A stretch of 64,000 nt of DNA from Eledone cirrhosa (taxonomy: Eukaryota). The position numbers and the translations under genes were made by a program. Below the pieces are notes generated by a model. That model did no database searches. It saw nothing but the letters and a program-made list of their open reading frames with translations, and was not told where the DNA came from. How positions within the stretch are numbered: the first letter of the stretch is position 1; each line of letters opens with the position of its first letter. This document shows positions 47,201-62,200 of this stretch, in pieces. The stretch spans positions 63,426,001 through 63,490,000 of the forward strand of contig OZ024746.1 of NCBI GenBank assembly GCA_964016885.1, in the 5' to 3' direction.

Positions 47201-50200
47201 CATTCCATTTAACATGAAGTATGTTTTCTTATGTCCATTCTTGCTCACTCTCATATTCCTCTCCTTGTTTGACTCTACTTCCATCAACTCATCTCTTAGA
47301 TTTCCAGTCAATTTGCTGGATTGTTCATGTTCTACTGTACTGTTTTTATACAGCCTTAGGGCCATGCTATAACTTATACATTTTGACATAAAGAATTTGT
47401 TTTCAGAAATAATCTTTTTCACAGCATCCTAATTAAAAGCTCTTCATCCAAGGGAAATCACTATTAGAATGGAGTAAAATCTCTAGTCATTAACCAAGTT
47501 TTCAAAATAGTGCATTGTAGCTTTTTATGTTCTTTGGCTACTATCCAAACCTTTTGTTTTTCTCTTGGTTGGCAAATATTTTTTTCCAATTATTCTATGT
47601 TGCTGTCCACTTGCTGATTCCTACTCAACTTCCATAGATGTAGGATCATCTTTCTTGGCAGTCTTCTACTACAGCTCTCATCTAATACCACCTCAAAATC
47701 TTAACATTTTTAGTTAACTACTTTATTTTACTCAATACTTATTGTCAATTTCCAGTCTTCTTCCAAGTTGAATTAATAATTGTTTCTACTTTAGGCACAA
47801 GGCCAGTAATTACCCAGTGCATTACTGGTACTTTATTTTATCGACCCCGTAAGGATGAAAGGCAAAGTCAACCTCGTTATTACTGTTTATATTTATACCT
47901 TTATTCTATGGTGATTGGAAACAAACTTTTGGTACATTGAAGCTACATATTTTATAATTTGCAAATTGGCAGTTGTTAGAGATCCTTCCTGTTTTTGTCC
48001 ATGTCAGTGCTGTTATTGTATAACAATAATTGACTGCAGCAGGACTTGTCCAGCCTATTACATTCTTCATTCTTTTATTGTCTTTGGATTTTTACAATGT
48101 TTTTTAAAACTCCTTTTCTATTATGATCATAGTTTGAAATTCTCAGGAATTTTTTTAAGTGCTATTGGTGACAGACCTTGATTTTTTTTTTTAGTTATTT
48201 TTCTGTTCCCTTCAAAGTTTTTCAATATAGTTAATGATCTGGTTCTCATTACAGAAGCTAACAAAATTGCCAAAAAAGTTCAAAACTTCAAAGGTCCTGA
48301 AGGATAACTAAACATGTGTAGAAGCAGGAAACTGTGAAAGACCCACAACAGAATAACAACACTGCTTGATTGGATGTTTTTACATGTGTTCACTTTTTTT
48401 TAGCTTAGTCTATCAATCAGTTTTGTATAATGTATTCTTTGGAATATGTTTTTGGCTAAATTCTACTCAAATTAAGATTTTATTGAGTTATCGGCACAAA
48501 CCTGGTTCTGATTTCTTAGACAATCACAACTGTTGAGAATTTGGAGCTCAACTTGTTAGTTGTTATTTCATAGTTTATATATAGAACTATTACAGTCACT
48601 TTAAAGAATTTTTTTAATATTCTGGTTAAAAAAAAATAAATTGAATAGCAAATTTTTTTATTTTTTATTCTAAATTTCACGTATTTCCTGTTTAACATAA
48701 GAAATCCTGTTTACTTGGTTTCATCATCATTATGTTCACTTTTCCATGTTGGCAAGAGTTGGATGGGACTTCAGGAGGCAGTGTTTTATGGCCAGATGCC
48801 CATCTTGGCATGAACCCTTTTTGTTCAGTGATTATCTTCCTGTAATTTTCTTTTTCCTTTAATCTTAGATGAAAAAATCTGTAGGTTTATGAGGAATTAT
48901 TTTGTAGAAGTGTTAAAAATAGGATGATTGACTAAACATCTTGAAATATTTAGCTATTGCTATATGTTGTGGGTTGATATAATTGACTATACCCATTCCA
49001 CATATTTTCAGTTTTGTACCAATGTGAGGGTAATTTTGTTTGAAATGATACAAATGAATTAATTATTCATGAGATGTACATAAATGGGCAATAAAAGTTT
49101 CAGAGTGATTCAGTTTTAGGAAGGTTTAATAAAATAATAATGTACAGATTTGCAGGTTCTTCAGATTAGTCTCGGCTATATTGGGATGTTGCCAGCAAGT
49201 TGAGTAACATGCTGATGGGTTAAAGGTTAATGTTTTTAGTGTTGGGACAGCTTGTCAATTAAGTAGATGTTCTTTTTTCAGACTTAACTTCAGTGTTGAT
49301 GACTGAAGTAATGCAGGATTTCTGAAATTGGAGAAAGATATTTCACACTATTTTATTCAAGTGTACAATTTTTTCAGTATTTTTTTTTATTCTGAAAGGA
49401 AAATTAAATCTGTTAAGTATAATTGGTTTCTGGTTAGGATTTTCAAGAGAATTTCTGTCTGTTTCAGGTGATGCTCTTGAAGTTAAAATTTATTTAAAAG
49501 AAATGAAATTTTGACAAAGATTGGTAAATTAGGGTAAAAAAAAGAGAGAGAATGAGATTCCACCAAATTTGATTTGTTTGCTTTGTCAAATAAAATATAT
49601 TTGATCAAAGTATGTTCTTATAAAAAAAAAAGTATATAAAGCAGTATAATATTAATTCTAATAAAATATTTTTCCTATCAAGTTTGAAAATTAACTTTTT
49701 TTTTTCTTTTTTTTCAGTTCAAAGAACTTGTATCAAAGAAATTCAATGCTCCTGAAGAACAGCTCTGCCTCATTTTTGCTGGAAAAATCTTAAAGGATGC
49801 TGACACATTAAGCCAGCACGGAATACATGATGGCTTAACTGTTCATTTAGTTATCAAATCCGCTAATAGAGTAAGTGTTAATAACTTCATGTAAGTTATA
49901 TTATTATTTTTAGCAGACTGACAATGAAGCAAAACTTTATAGTAATCATCATCATCACCATCTTATGTCTGCTCTTCCATGTGTGCATGGGTTGGTATGT
50001 ATAATTGACATGAGTGTTCCAGCTTTAACAATTTGCATTTAATTTTAATAGTAAAATAAAGTGATAGAGAATTTTGTATTTGGAAAATGTGAAGGAGAGT
50101 GCAGCTATTTTATTGAAATATGGATAACAGAAAAACCATCAAAATGTTTTTGCAATACTCAGTATAAAACTGATGTAGATAATTAGTGAAAAAATTTGAT

Positions 50201-53200
50201 AACAGAAACAATTGCAGTGATTCAAGTTTAGAAGGAAAATGGATCTTCTTCAGACCAGCAGGTGTAAATTCTAAATTATATGAAAATCTATCTGAAATAA
50301 GCCTCTGTTAGCACATGAAAAGACAGAGGAGACAGCATAAGCAAATCAATCAAGTGGCATTGTTTTGGATGTGGTTTAGGATGTCTGTGTGTAGCAGTGG
50401 TCCCATCTCATAGGTGGAAGCAATATGCCTAAGCTTTGTAGAAGATTAGTAGTTGATGAGTAATGAAGTATTTTCTAGCCCTGAAATGGATGACCAGTCC
50501 TTGTGATGCTGGTATCTTTGTTTAGGATGTCACTACAGTGACCATAAGGCCAATCACTTGTAGCCTCTGAGAGTTCTGGTTGAATGTTGTTCATGTAAGT
50601 GTGGCTAGGGTACAATGTTTTCTTGATATGTGTAGTGATAGTGTCTTTTTGTTGTTAAATGAGACAGTATTACCTTGACCCCATTGATGGATGTTTGAGG
50701 TCTCTGTTCATAAAGTTAATGCAGGTTTGAAGGTAGCTATCTAGATTGTAGGTGGAGGATGCTTGCATGCAGAAGAGTGGTTGTTGTTAGAGGTAACATC
50801 AAGTAAGATTGTTAATGTATTGGGGGGTGGGATGGGGCATCTGAACTATGAAGTAATATCAGAGTTGATAGAATGAAAAGGCAAAGAGAGAGAGAGAGAG
50901 TTTCATTAATACATGGTGTGATCTGACAAAGCCAACGATCCAAGAAACAAACTGGATAGATCCCAGAGGTGGGAAGTTTTTTCAGGAGGTTTATATCTGA
51001 CTTGGTTGAATGCTTTGATGTTGTCAAGGGTAATAACACTGTTTTTATCAAATTTCTTTAGGATGATAGCAGCCTACTAGTGCTATGGCTTTACGAAAGC
51101 CATACTGATTGTCATTGGGAGGAATAGATTCAATGTGATGGTGAAAGTTTCTATCCCTTTTGACATTTTAGAAGTGACTGTGATAGGGCAATAATAAGGT
51201 CAAAGGTGTTGCCCTTCTATGGGACACTACAGCATCATTCCAAAGATCAGGATATTCCAAGAAAGAAAGTGTGTGTGTGTGAAAGAGATAAGCAAATATA
51301 GGGACTGGCACTGCAGCACATTAAGGATGATAAAAGGAACATTGTCAAGACTGTTGGCTTTGAAGTAACAGGCAGTATTTTGGCACTGTATGTCATGCTG
51401 AACCTGTTGGACTGGAAAGAAATAGTTTTTGAAGTGATATGTTTAGTATGTGCAGTTTGGAACTGGATAACAATTGAACAGTAAATGAGGAGGCTTTCTC
51501 CACAGGAATGTTACTTAGAAAATTATTATTATTGAGATGTGGATTCTACTGGGTTGGTAGAGATCTTTCTTTTTCCCTTTTGTGTCAAACGAACAAAAGG
51601 ATTAGCTGCAATGTGAAGTGAGATAGCTTATGCAATGATTGGAGCTATCCTTCATGTTTTGAATAATGGCAGGGGTTATGGTGGGTAAATATTGTCCAGG
51701 TTATAAGAGTGAGTGATTTTCTCTTAAATACTGTAAGTCATGCTCTTTGTCCAAACTCCCGACCAGTTAACATTTTGCTTTTTCTGTTTTACCTTGTCTT
51801 TTTTATGTTTATCTAATTTTTTTGTTGTTTCCTAAAAACACTGATATTTATGGTAAGAAACTGAGCACTCCATTTGTTTACAAAAATTTCTTCCTCTTGA
51901 ATTTCATTTTCACTATTACTGATGTCTGTGTTCATCATCATCTTTTTCCATGTTTTTCTATGCTGGCATAGGATGGATAGGTTGTTACAGATTAAGTCAG
52001 TAATTAGAGCAGCTTGTCTTCCTAGGTTTGGGTATCATGTCTCCCTCAATGTGTTCCATTTTTGGCATGATTTCTACTACTAGATGTACTTCTTAATGCC
52101 TATCCCTTTACAGTGGGTACTGGATTCATTTTTATTGTGGCATCAGTACTAGAGATATTGTCATGTCCTTGATATATCTGTAAAGATCTCTCTTTTTGGC
52201 ATGGTTTCTACAGATTCCCTTCCTAAATATTAATCACTTTACAGTCTTCAATACCACATTAACAGTTAGGCTACCAAAGCAAATAGTGGGTAGTGATGCA
52301 TACTGCTTTTGTACAGTTGATGTTGCTCCTCTACAAAGTAGTCTTCAGCTGGTCTTTGAACATTATCGTTGGTCTTCCAACCAAGAAATGTCCATGGTAC
52401 AGCTGGCTGTAGAAGATGCCAGCCGGACATGCCCACTATATATGTCTGAGCCATTTTAGTTGTTGCTGATGTTTGTTTATGTATGTTGTTGTTTAACCCT
52501 AAGTTAGCTTGAACTGCACAGACTTATGATCAAAGGTATTCCAACTGACTATTCAGACATAATTTATCCCAAACAACCTTTCCTTGTTGCTTCTAAGCTT
52601 TATTTTTAAATATGGTACTTATTCACCAACTAAGCCTCAAGACCTTTTGTTTATGTTGGACAAACAAAATTACCACTAGTCAAAATTGTGATAGTCTGTT
52701 CACACACACACATGAAGGGCTTCCGCACAGTTTCCATCAACTAGATTCAATCACAACATTGGTCTTTGTTTTATATCTTTGTCATGATGTGAGAATTTTC
52801 CCTCATGATATCCATAGCTTTCTCCAAATTGAATAAATTTGTTGACATTCTAATTTTCCACTAACATCATTTTGCCAAGCTTGTTCACTTCAATTTTGCC
52901 AGCTATCTCGATTGTGGCTAATGTTTAAGAGGTAAGCAGAGCAACATCTTATTCATGCAAAGCTGGCAGATGAAAGTTTGTTGAGTTTATAGAAAATTGA
53001 AATATTTTTTCCCAGTATTTTACATATACTGAGAGAGAAATACTCTTCAAATTAGTCTTTAAAATTAGTGGATGTTTGTTGTGAAGTGTGTATAATTTCC
53101 GAAAAAAAAAATGTGTCAGATATAATTGAGATTAACTATTATCTCTAAAATTGTAATACCAGAGGTATTGTAAAAAATGTTTTATTCATTATTATGAATA

Positions 53201-56200
53201 CAAGTTGATAAAATAAGCACTGGCATTCATGTGACTATACTCTAGCATGGCTACAGTCTTAGACTAAAACTAATCTGTTTCCCTGACAGTTAAATATATA
53301 AACCATCATCATTGTTCTTATGTGCAAACTTGGGTTGGACAGCACTTTTTGAGGCAGGAAATTTATGTTGCCAACCTTTCCTTCCTGACATCAACCGATA
53401 AAATAGTTTTATAAAGGACATAATTATTAGAGATCTCATTCTTCTTGCATGAGTTCTCATTATCAGGGTGCTGTAACATTTTAATTGCCACAAGATATTT
53501 CATGATCAAGCCTTACGGGGTTAATGACTTGTTTATGGTATTAATTGTAAGCAACACGACTTCCTTTATGAGTTGTGTTATTATATCAAACTGACAGACA
53601 ATGAACCAAAGCTTTAAACATTTACCCATGCAATTAAAATGGAGGTGCGTGGTCTAGTTGTAAGCATGTTGGACTTACGATCATAATGTTGTGAGTTTGA
53701 TTCCTGGACTGGGTTGTGTTGTGTTCTTGAGCAAAACACTTCATTTCACATTGCTCTAGTACACTCTGATGAAAATTATTACTAGTAATAGCTGGGGGTT
53801 TAACCCTGCAATGGACTAGCATTCTGCCCAGCAGAGAGTGTTGTACTTTGTCATTTAACTCTACGGAATATGGGATAAACACTGGCTTGATGAGCCTCCA
53901 AGCTTGAAACAAACTTTAGATATACAATTGACCCAATGAATGATCCAAGCTTAAAGGTTACAAACTGATATGACCTGTAATAAAGTAAGAGTTTAGTGTT
54001 TGGAAAAGGTGAAGGAGAATTCTGTTTTTTACTGAACACCAGTAGGATTTTCTCTAAACTACTCGAAATCAGTGAAATATGAACAGTAAGTGCTAAAGAT
54101 TTGTAAAAGTGATGTATGTAAATAGTGGTTTGCCAGAGACTGATAAAATAATACCAGATTTGAAAAAAAATGTACTGGGGTCAATGTATATATACTAGTT
54201 GTACTACTTGTTAAGGATGTGCATTTGCTAGTAGAGAACTACAGTGATGGTGAAGCAAAGCATTTGTAACGCCCTTAATGGTACTAGTTGTACACAGTTC
54301 ATGTTAGGATGGGTGGGATGTGATGATTTCTTGATATATGTAGATTATATTTTATGATGTTAAAGGAAAAATAATTTATAATCGGTGCCATGTATATGTA
54401 TTTGTGATTAAGTACATATACATGTACAATGAGCTGAAGCTGAGAATGAACTCAAACCTTTATTGTATGTCGGGTTCCAATACTTTCATTACTACACTAC
54501 AAACAAGTAATACAACTAGTATATACACATTGACTTAGTATGATCCACAAAGTAATTTAGTTTACTAATTGAGATACACACACACACACAAAAGAGGAGG
54601 AATAAATTAATGATTAAAGAGTATTTTTGTTATGGCGATATGCATTTATATGGCAATAATAAAACACAAAAACTGTTAACAATAGAACTTAACACAGTTG
54701 TAACCTATTTAAAATAGATATATTAATTTCTTTTGAATAATTACAGAAACCAAATTAGATGAAACAAAACATTTAATTTGGTGTTTAAAGGTTCTGGTTA
54801 TCTCCATTGTATTTCTCAGTTAAATAAATCATCATCATCATCGTCGTTTAACATCCATTTTCCACGCTAGCATGGGTTAGACGGGAGTTGTCCCAATTTG
54901 AGTCAAGGTTGGTCGGGTGACCGTGTCTCGCTCATATAGGACTATCTGGCAGGTTTTCTACGGCTGGATGCCCTTCCTAACACCAACCACATTTACAATG
55001 TGGAACTGGGAACTTTTTACCGTGTTACCTACACGGCCACATTACAGCGTGGACTGTGTTTTTTTCTCGTGACATCTACACAATCTCGATCTCATTATCT
55101 CATTTATTTGGACTGGATGTTGTGGTACCAACTTTACAGAGAGGTTGGTGGGAGTGGGAGGATAGGGTAGGGGTAGTGGATTGTGGTGTATATTTGGTTA
55201 AGAGGTGCCTACTGACTAGGTTTCGCTTTGTACATAGGCAAGGCGCGTCTTCTGTTAATATATAAATGTTAATATATATATTAGATATTTTTCATTTCAT
55301 TTAGTATTTACCAATAACCAGTTGTCCTGAATTAGAGCTATTCTGTCATTTTATATTACTTCAAATATTTATTTCATCAAATTTTCTCACTAATTGTTAT
55401 TCTTTTACTGGTTTCAGTTAGACTGTGGCCATACTTTTGCAATGCCTAGAAGATATTTTAGTCAATCACATCGACCCCAGTACATTTTTTTTTTTTCAAA
55501 TCTGGTATTATTTTATCGATCTCTGTCAAACTGCTATTTATATACATCATTTTTACAAATCGCCAAAGTATTCTGGTTTCTTTCTGTCCAAGAGCTATCT
55601 TAATGTGTACTAACTAGCTGAATGGTTCTTTTCTGTCATGACTGATACCGGATGACAAGAATGAGATGCATCATTAATTGAATCTGTACTCTCTTGCTTG
55701 CTAAACTGTGTATCAACCATTCTGTTGCTTTTTGAATTACTTCTGAACTCGCTTTAGCTATCATCATCATCATCATTTAACATCTATTTTTTCACGCCTG
55801 CATGAGTTAGATGGGTTGTCATGTTATGAGACAAGTCTGGTCCAGAAACCACGTCTTGCTCATACGGATCTGTATTTTGGCTTGTTTTCTACAGTGCTCT
55901 ATCTAACACCAATCACCTTACAATGTGGACTAGGTGTTTTTATTTTTATTGTGGCACCCAAATGATCATTTAACAGAGTAGACTGGGTGCTTTTTGTTGT
56001 CATCACCACGGCCAGCTTACATGGTGGGCTGGATGCTTTTTTTTTTTTTTTGTGTCACACTATGACCACTACGATGGGCTGGGTGCTATGTCATGTCACC
56101 ACCATGTCCACACTACATGGTGGGTTGGACTAGTCTTTCTCAACACAGCATCTCTCTCCACTTGTCACATTCCTCTGTGGATATGATTGAAACCCTGTAA

Positions 56201-59200
56201 ACTCTACACTGCTCTGATGTAATTGATTCCTATTTCTGAAATGAAAATGTGTGCAAACTTCATTAATATAGCATTATTTTCAAGTAAATTTTATTGGCTA
56301 TTGCATTTCAACCCAGTAGTTATTTCCAGTGTTATCATATAACAACTTATACATATATGTGTAGGAGTATTTTGTAGTATGAGGACTGATAAAATGAAGT
56401 CTATGATCTACTTGGATGGTTTCTGGGTGCTTTTTCGTGGCGCCTACACGTCCACTTTACAGTGTGGGCTGGGTGCTTTTTTGCTGTGGCACCTCCACGA
56501 CCACCTTGCAGTGGGAGGGTGTGGAGGCATATTGTCTATATGCTTCAGCTTGTACCCATGGGAGGTCGGGTACTCTGTATTATTGCATGACGCCAGAGGT
56601 CACAGTTTGTTAAATGTAATAGTTTGTTACCCCGGTAATGTAATATGTTCAATATGGTTGTTGTGAAATAGGATTTATGAATTTGATGATTTGTTAAATG
56701 TATACGTGTTAACCTTCTCAACAAAGTGCAACTGGCATTAGAAGCTATTGTTTAGTCCAACGTCAGTCCTACTCTATCAAGGCATGATCAAAGGCATGCA
56801 GCTGTGACTATCACACCTTTTTTCCATGCATAGTGTATTCTGGGTTAGATTATCAAAAGTGTCTCTTTTTTTAAAGACAGTAGGCATAAGTTTGAGGTAG
56901 ATTTAGCTGCTATTCTAGCAGGTTGAATGACTATATAGCTGCTCCCATATGTAGTAAATGGGATCGTGATGATATAGATATGTAAATGATAAATACGAAG
57001 TGTTGTATGCTGACAGAGGAAAATACCTGCATTAGAGGAGGATGTGGTAAAGTTAGATCTCCTGATGGTGTGTCTCATAGACAGGATAATGCAGGTAGAT
57101 GAGTAACAGTTTATCATGTTACAGGCTTGTTTAGTGCATATGAACATATTGGTGATAACGATAATTGCAGAGTTCCATTTTTTGATAGGTGATGATGATG
57201 TCTACTTGTTCTATACTGTTACATGTTTTAATGTATTTATCTTTTGTTTTGTTTTTTGATTTTATTAAGAATCTTCTTTTTTTTAATTGTAGGCCACCGC
57301 TGGTAACAGTGGAGGAGCTAATACCAGTAACACTAGTTCAGCAGGAGCTGGAGGTACCAGTACAAGGCCAAGTAACAATACAAGCAGTGCTAGTGCTAAT
57401 ATCGGAGCCACTCCTTTTGGACTAGGTGGTTTAGGAGGCTTAGCTGGTCTTGGAAATTTAGGAATGGGATCTGCAAATTTTATGGAAATGCAACAGAGAA
57501 TGCAAAGAGAGGTGTGTTTCAGTATTAATTGTTTTTCATTGATGAAAGAATTTCATTATTAACTAATTTTAGTATATTACTGATTAGTGTTGCAAACTAT
57601 TTATTAAACAGGTAATCTACCTGTGGGGTAGGATTAAAAATGGCTTTCATTTGGTTCTTACTAAAAAGCAAAACGAGTAATTTATGAAAAACGCAAAAAC
57701 CCCAAGTAGATCATGTATCTTATGATATATTAATTAATTATAAAAATTATAAAAAATTATGAAGAGGTTGGTGTGTTCAGAAATTAATCATCATTATCAT
57801 CACCGTTTGACGTCCATTTTTGCACGCTAGCATGGGTTAGACGAGTTGTCAATATTGAATATTATTGGTGGTAATGTGTTATTGATAAACAAGCCATGTG
57901 GCTTTGAAGCATACTTCTTAACCACATAGCCTTCTTTACACCAATAATAATTACATAATAGAATACTGATAAAATGAAATCCAAATGTTGTTCTTGTAGA
58001 TTTTAGTTGGTTGCTGTATAATATATTGTCTTTGCTTTTTTCTTCTGTTGTACATATTTACAGTTGATGCAGAATCCAGAGATGTTTCGTTCCATGATGG
58101 AAAATCCATTTGTTCAACAGATGATGTCTAACCCTGAAGTTATGCGGCGCCTGATCACCAGTAATCCTCAAATGAGAGAGCTTATGGAAGTAAGTATTTT
58201 TCCTCCATTATACAACAATATAGAATCATAATGGAACTGCTCTGCTGAGAACATCCCAAAACTGAATATTTCTACTCTTATAAATATTACTACTGCCATC
58301 ACTTACAATCGAGGATGCAGATTTGTTGCTTTCCGACATCTGCAACCAACATGCTGCTGTTTCTACAATTTGAAATATATCAGTATAAACTTACAATCTC
58401 CCGGTTTTCTTTTTTTCCCCTAAAACACCCAATTCTTTTCTGATATGAGCAGGGCAAAATAAAAAGTTGTGATATCCATATCTTTACAGAGAGATATTAG
58501 CAATGTTGGTGAAATGAATTGAGTCCAACTTGATTTTCCAAGAATTTAGCTCTTTTACCACTCTACTAAATACAGTAAAATATAGGATGGTAAAATTCAA
58601 ATGTTTTTTCACCAGAGAAACTATTTTCTTCATTGTTGATGTTCTTATTATTTTGCTTGGTTAAACTCAAACCACCAACTGATTGACAATAGTTACTCCA
58701 CTGTTGTATAGAAATGTAACAGTGAAATTAAAGTTAGATATAAATTGAATTTGATCATTAAAACCAAATTTCCCGGGTTTAATGTTGCTTTATCTTATTA
58801 ATCTTTTGTTCTTCAGTTTATTAAAGTCATTTCTTCCAAAGTTTTGTCTACCAAAATTTTGAGAGCAAATAACGCAACTGATATTTTTTATATATTTTTT
58901 TTTCTTTCAGAGAAACCCTGAAATAACACATATGTTGAATAACCCTGAGTTGATGAGACAAGTATGAACTTTCAGACTTTTTTCTTGCTAGCTGTTATTG
59001 ATAATGTGAAAAATCTTTATCATTTACTACTTCTCCATCTGCCATTGTCCCCCCCCCCCCCCCCCCCCCCCATGAATCAGACACTCTAGCATAGTATTTT
59101 GCCTCGTGTGGTCCCTTGTGCAGTTCAGTCTTTTTGAAATTAAGAGATCTCTTTTCACCACCACTTCTCCCATGTCTTCCACTTTGATAACTTGGGACTT

Positions 59201-62200
59201 CTTTACCCAACTGTGATCTTCCATATACATTACATGTCTGCACCAGTGCACTTTCTCCTCTTGCACACTATATCTGATTCTTAGTTTTTCACTCAGCTTA
59301 TTTGTGCTCTGTCATTCATGCAAACAAAGATTACACATGCAGTAGAGCATGCTCAACTCAGTTCTTTTCTGCAACAGTGTACTGGATGCATTTTATTGGG
59401 ACACTGACACTAGAGATGTTATGTATGACCACTGAGTCCCTTGAGTCTCTTTTTGGCCTAGTTTTTACACCTGCATACCTTTCGTAATGACAACCACTTT
59501 ATAAAGTGTACTGAGTAGATTTTCTTGTGCTGCTAGCACTAGAGTTTATCATGCCTGTGTGACTAAAGCATCCTTCTTTCAAACCTTTAGTTATGTCAAA
59601 GATGTGGCAACCTCTCCTGTGCCAATGGGATAAAATGCACCCAGTACACTCTGTAAAATGGTTGGTATTATGAAGGGCATGCAGCCATTTAAATGTAAAT
59701 GAAAAGAAGGTATAGTTAACTGAATCAACATCCAGATACTCTTAGAATTTCTTGATTCTGAAAGAAGGACACTCAAATTTAACCAAAGCAAGATTAGAAT
59801 TACTGAGAAAGTATTCAGGCACCCATCATTTATGACTCTTATTGTGTTCTAACATTACTTAACCATCATGATTGTCTTGCTAATCATTTTCAGTTTGGTG
59901 TGTACCAGATTTTAGTTGGACATATCTAATTGATTAGATGAGATTTTAATGCCTGACATTTCTAGAATATCCCGATAAATCTTGGGTTGTATCTTGGCAT
60001 TGTTGCTCTTGTAAATAGACAGTCGTGGAAAAGTAAAATAAAAATAGTTTGTTCGGATGTTAGCAATTATCAATATTTTATTAACTTCTATTTTCTTTCA
60101 TAACTGAAATTACTGTTCAGCTTTCTTTTATTTTATTAGTTTTACTGTGGTACTTGACATCTACAACAAAAATAGTATACCAATATGAACATTGTAATTT
60201 AGTTACTATATCTGTTTGTGTGGGAGAGTGTATCTTTGTGTTTGCTTATATCTATATATAATGTACTTTCAGACACTAGAGCTTGCAAGGAACCCAGCCA
60301 TGCTGCAAGAGCTTATGAGAACTCAAGATCGAGCTATGAGTAATTTGGAAGTAAGTAATTTTTTGTTTATAACCAACTTTTTTTTTAATATGATTTTATT
60401 TTTTCATATTTTTTTTATATTCACCAATAATAATTGATTTGGGAGTTGACATGTTGGAATTCTCAAATAATTCATCAATAAAAGAAAAAATTGTATAAAA
60501 TACATAGCGAGCAACAAATCTTTTGTCAATTTTTCAAGTAAAATTGAACACATGGGAAGAAAAAAAAAACTGATAAAGCTATTTATTTTACACACTGGTG
60601 ATATATATATATAATATCATCATCGTCGTCATTTTATGTCCGCTTTTCCCTGCTTGCCAGGGTTGGACGGGTCCTATTCAGCACATCATCTCTCCACTTG
60701 TCAAGATCCTTCGTCATCTCCTCGGTGAGTTTCAGCGATCTGAGGTCTGGTCTCACCACCTCCGCCCATGTTTTTCGTGGTCTACCTCTACTGCGTCTTC
60801 CATTTACTGGGATTTCTTCGCACTTCTTTACCCAGCGGTCATCCTCCATGCGCATCACATATCCATACCATCTCAGCCTTCTCTCCTGCACACCACAACT
60901 TATCGCTCTTATACCCAGTTTCTTTCTCAACTCGTCTATGCTTGGTCTTTCGCGCACATTGGCATTGCACATCCAACGGTGCATACTTGCTTCATTTCCC
61001 TCCAGCCGTCACATATCTTCTGCAGTTGCTGCCTATGTCTCACTACCATGCAGCATATAACCGTCCTTTCGTACACAGGGAGAAACCCTTTGTCAACAGA
61101 GGAAGCAGCTCCCTAAACTTCTTCCAACCCTTCCTTATTCTAGATACTATGGCCTCGGAACACCCCCTCCCATGCTAATCTGATCACCTAGGCACCGGAA
61201 GCTATCAACCACTTCTATAGAACCCACCTGCATTGGAAAAATGTGTCTATCACTGAGATTACTACTGCCAACTTTCCCTGTACATCTACTGCATACATAG
61301 TTTTTCATACCTGTTAGTTTGCCTGCTATCCCACTACATCTCTTGTGTACCCAAGATCTGCATTGCGTACATTTTATGGAATTTATGCCAGTTCCTTTCC
61401 TACATATCGAACATGGCCATTTCCCCCGATGGAATCAGAGTATTGTCTTCTCTTCTACTTATCAACACTTTTGTTTTAGCTATATTCACTCTCAGGTCTC
61501 TTGATTCTAACTGCTGTTTCCATAGCCAGAATTTATTCTCTAGCTCCTCTACTGATTCTGCTATAAGAACCAGATCATCAGCATAGAGAAGTTCCCATGG
61601 GCAACCAGTTTTAAACTCCTCTGTTATGGCTTGGAGGATTATAATGAACAAGAGCGGGCTGAGGACCTAACCCTGATGTACACCTACTTGTATCTGGAAT
61701 TCCTCACTAAACTCCATTCCTATTCTAACTTTACTGACAGCACCCCTGTACATAGCTTGCACTGTCCTCACAAGCCATTCCTCTACACCTAGTTTCCTTA
61801 GGGACCACCAGATGACAGATCGGGGTATCCTATCAAAGGCCTTCTCTAGGTCAACAAAAGCTAAGTATAGTGGCTTATTCTTCTCTAAGAACCTCTCTTG
61901 TAGTTGCCTCACTAAGAAGAGGGCATCTGTTGTACTTTTCCGAGGCACAAAACCAAACTGCATCTCATCTAGTTTGATCCTTTCTCTAATCAGTTGTGCT
62001 GATATTCTCTCTGCCACTTTCATAACCTGATCCATCAGCTTTATACCCCTATAATTGCTCCTCTCTAGAGCATCCCCATTACCTTTGTAGCAATTTATGA
62101 GAATACTGCTGCACCAGTCTTTGGGTATGACACCACCCTATATAGCTTGATTAATGATGCGTGCAACTAGTTTAGTGCCTACTTCTCCTGATGCCTTCAG

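Noticed and set aside
53640-53712. tRNA-like sequence
   Set aside because: Degenerate SINE head with no intact cloverleaf; continues into SINE body.
59049-59071. Long C run (G runs also near 945-958 and 37234-37250)
   Set aside because: Homopolymers of uncertain length; G-quadruplex potential only, with no contextual support.
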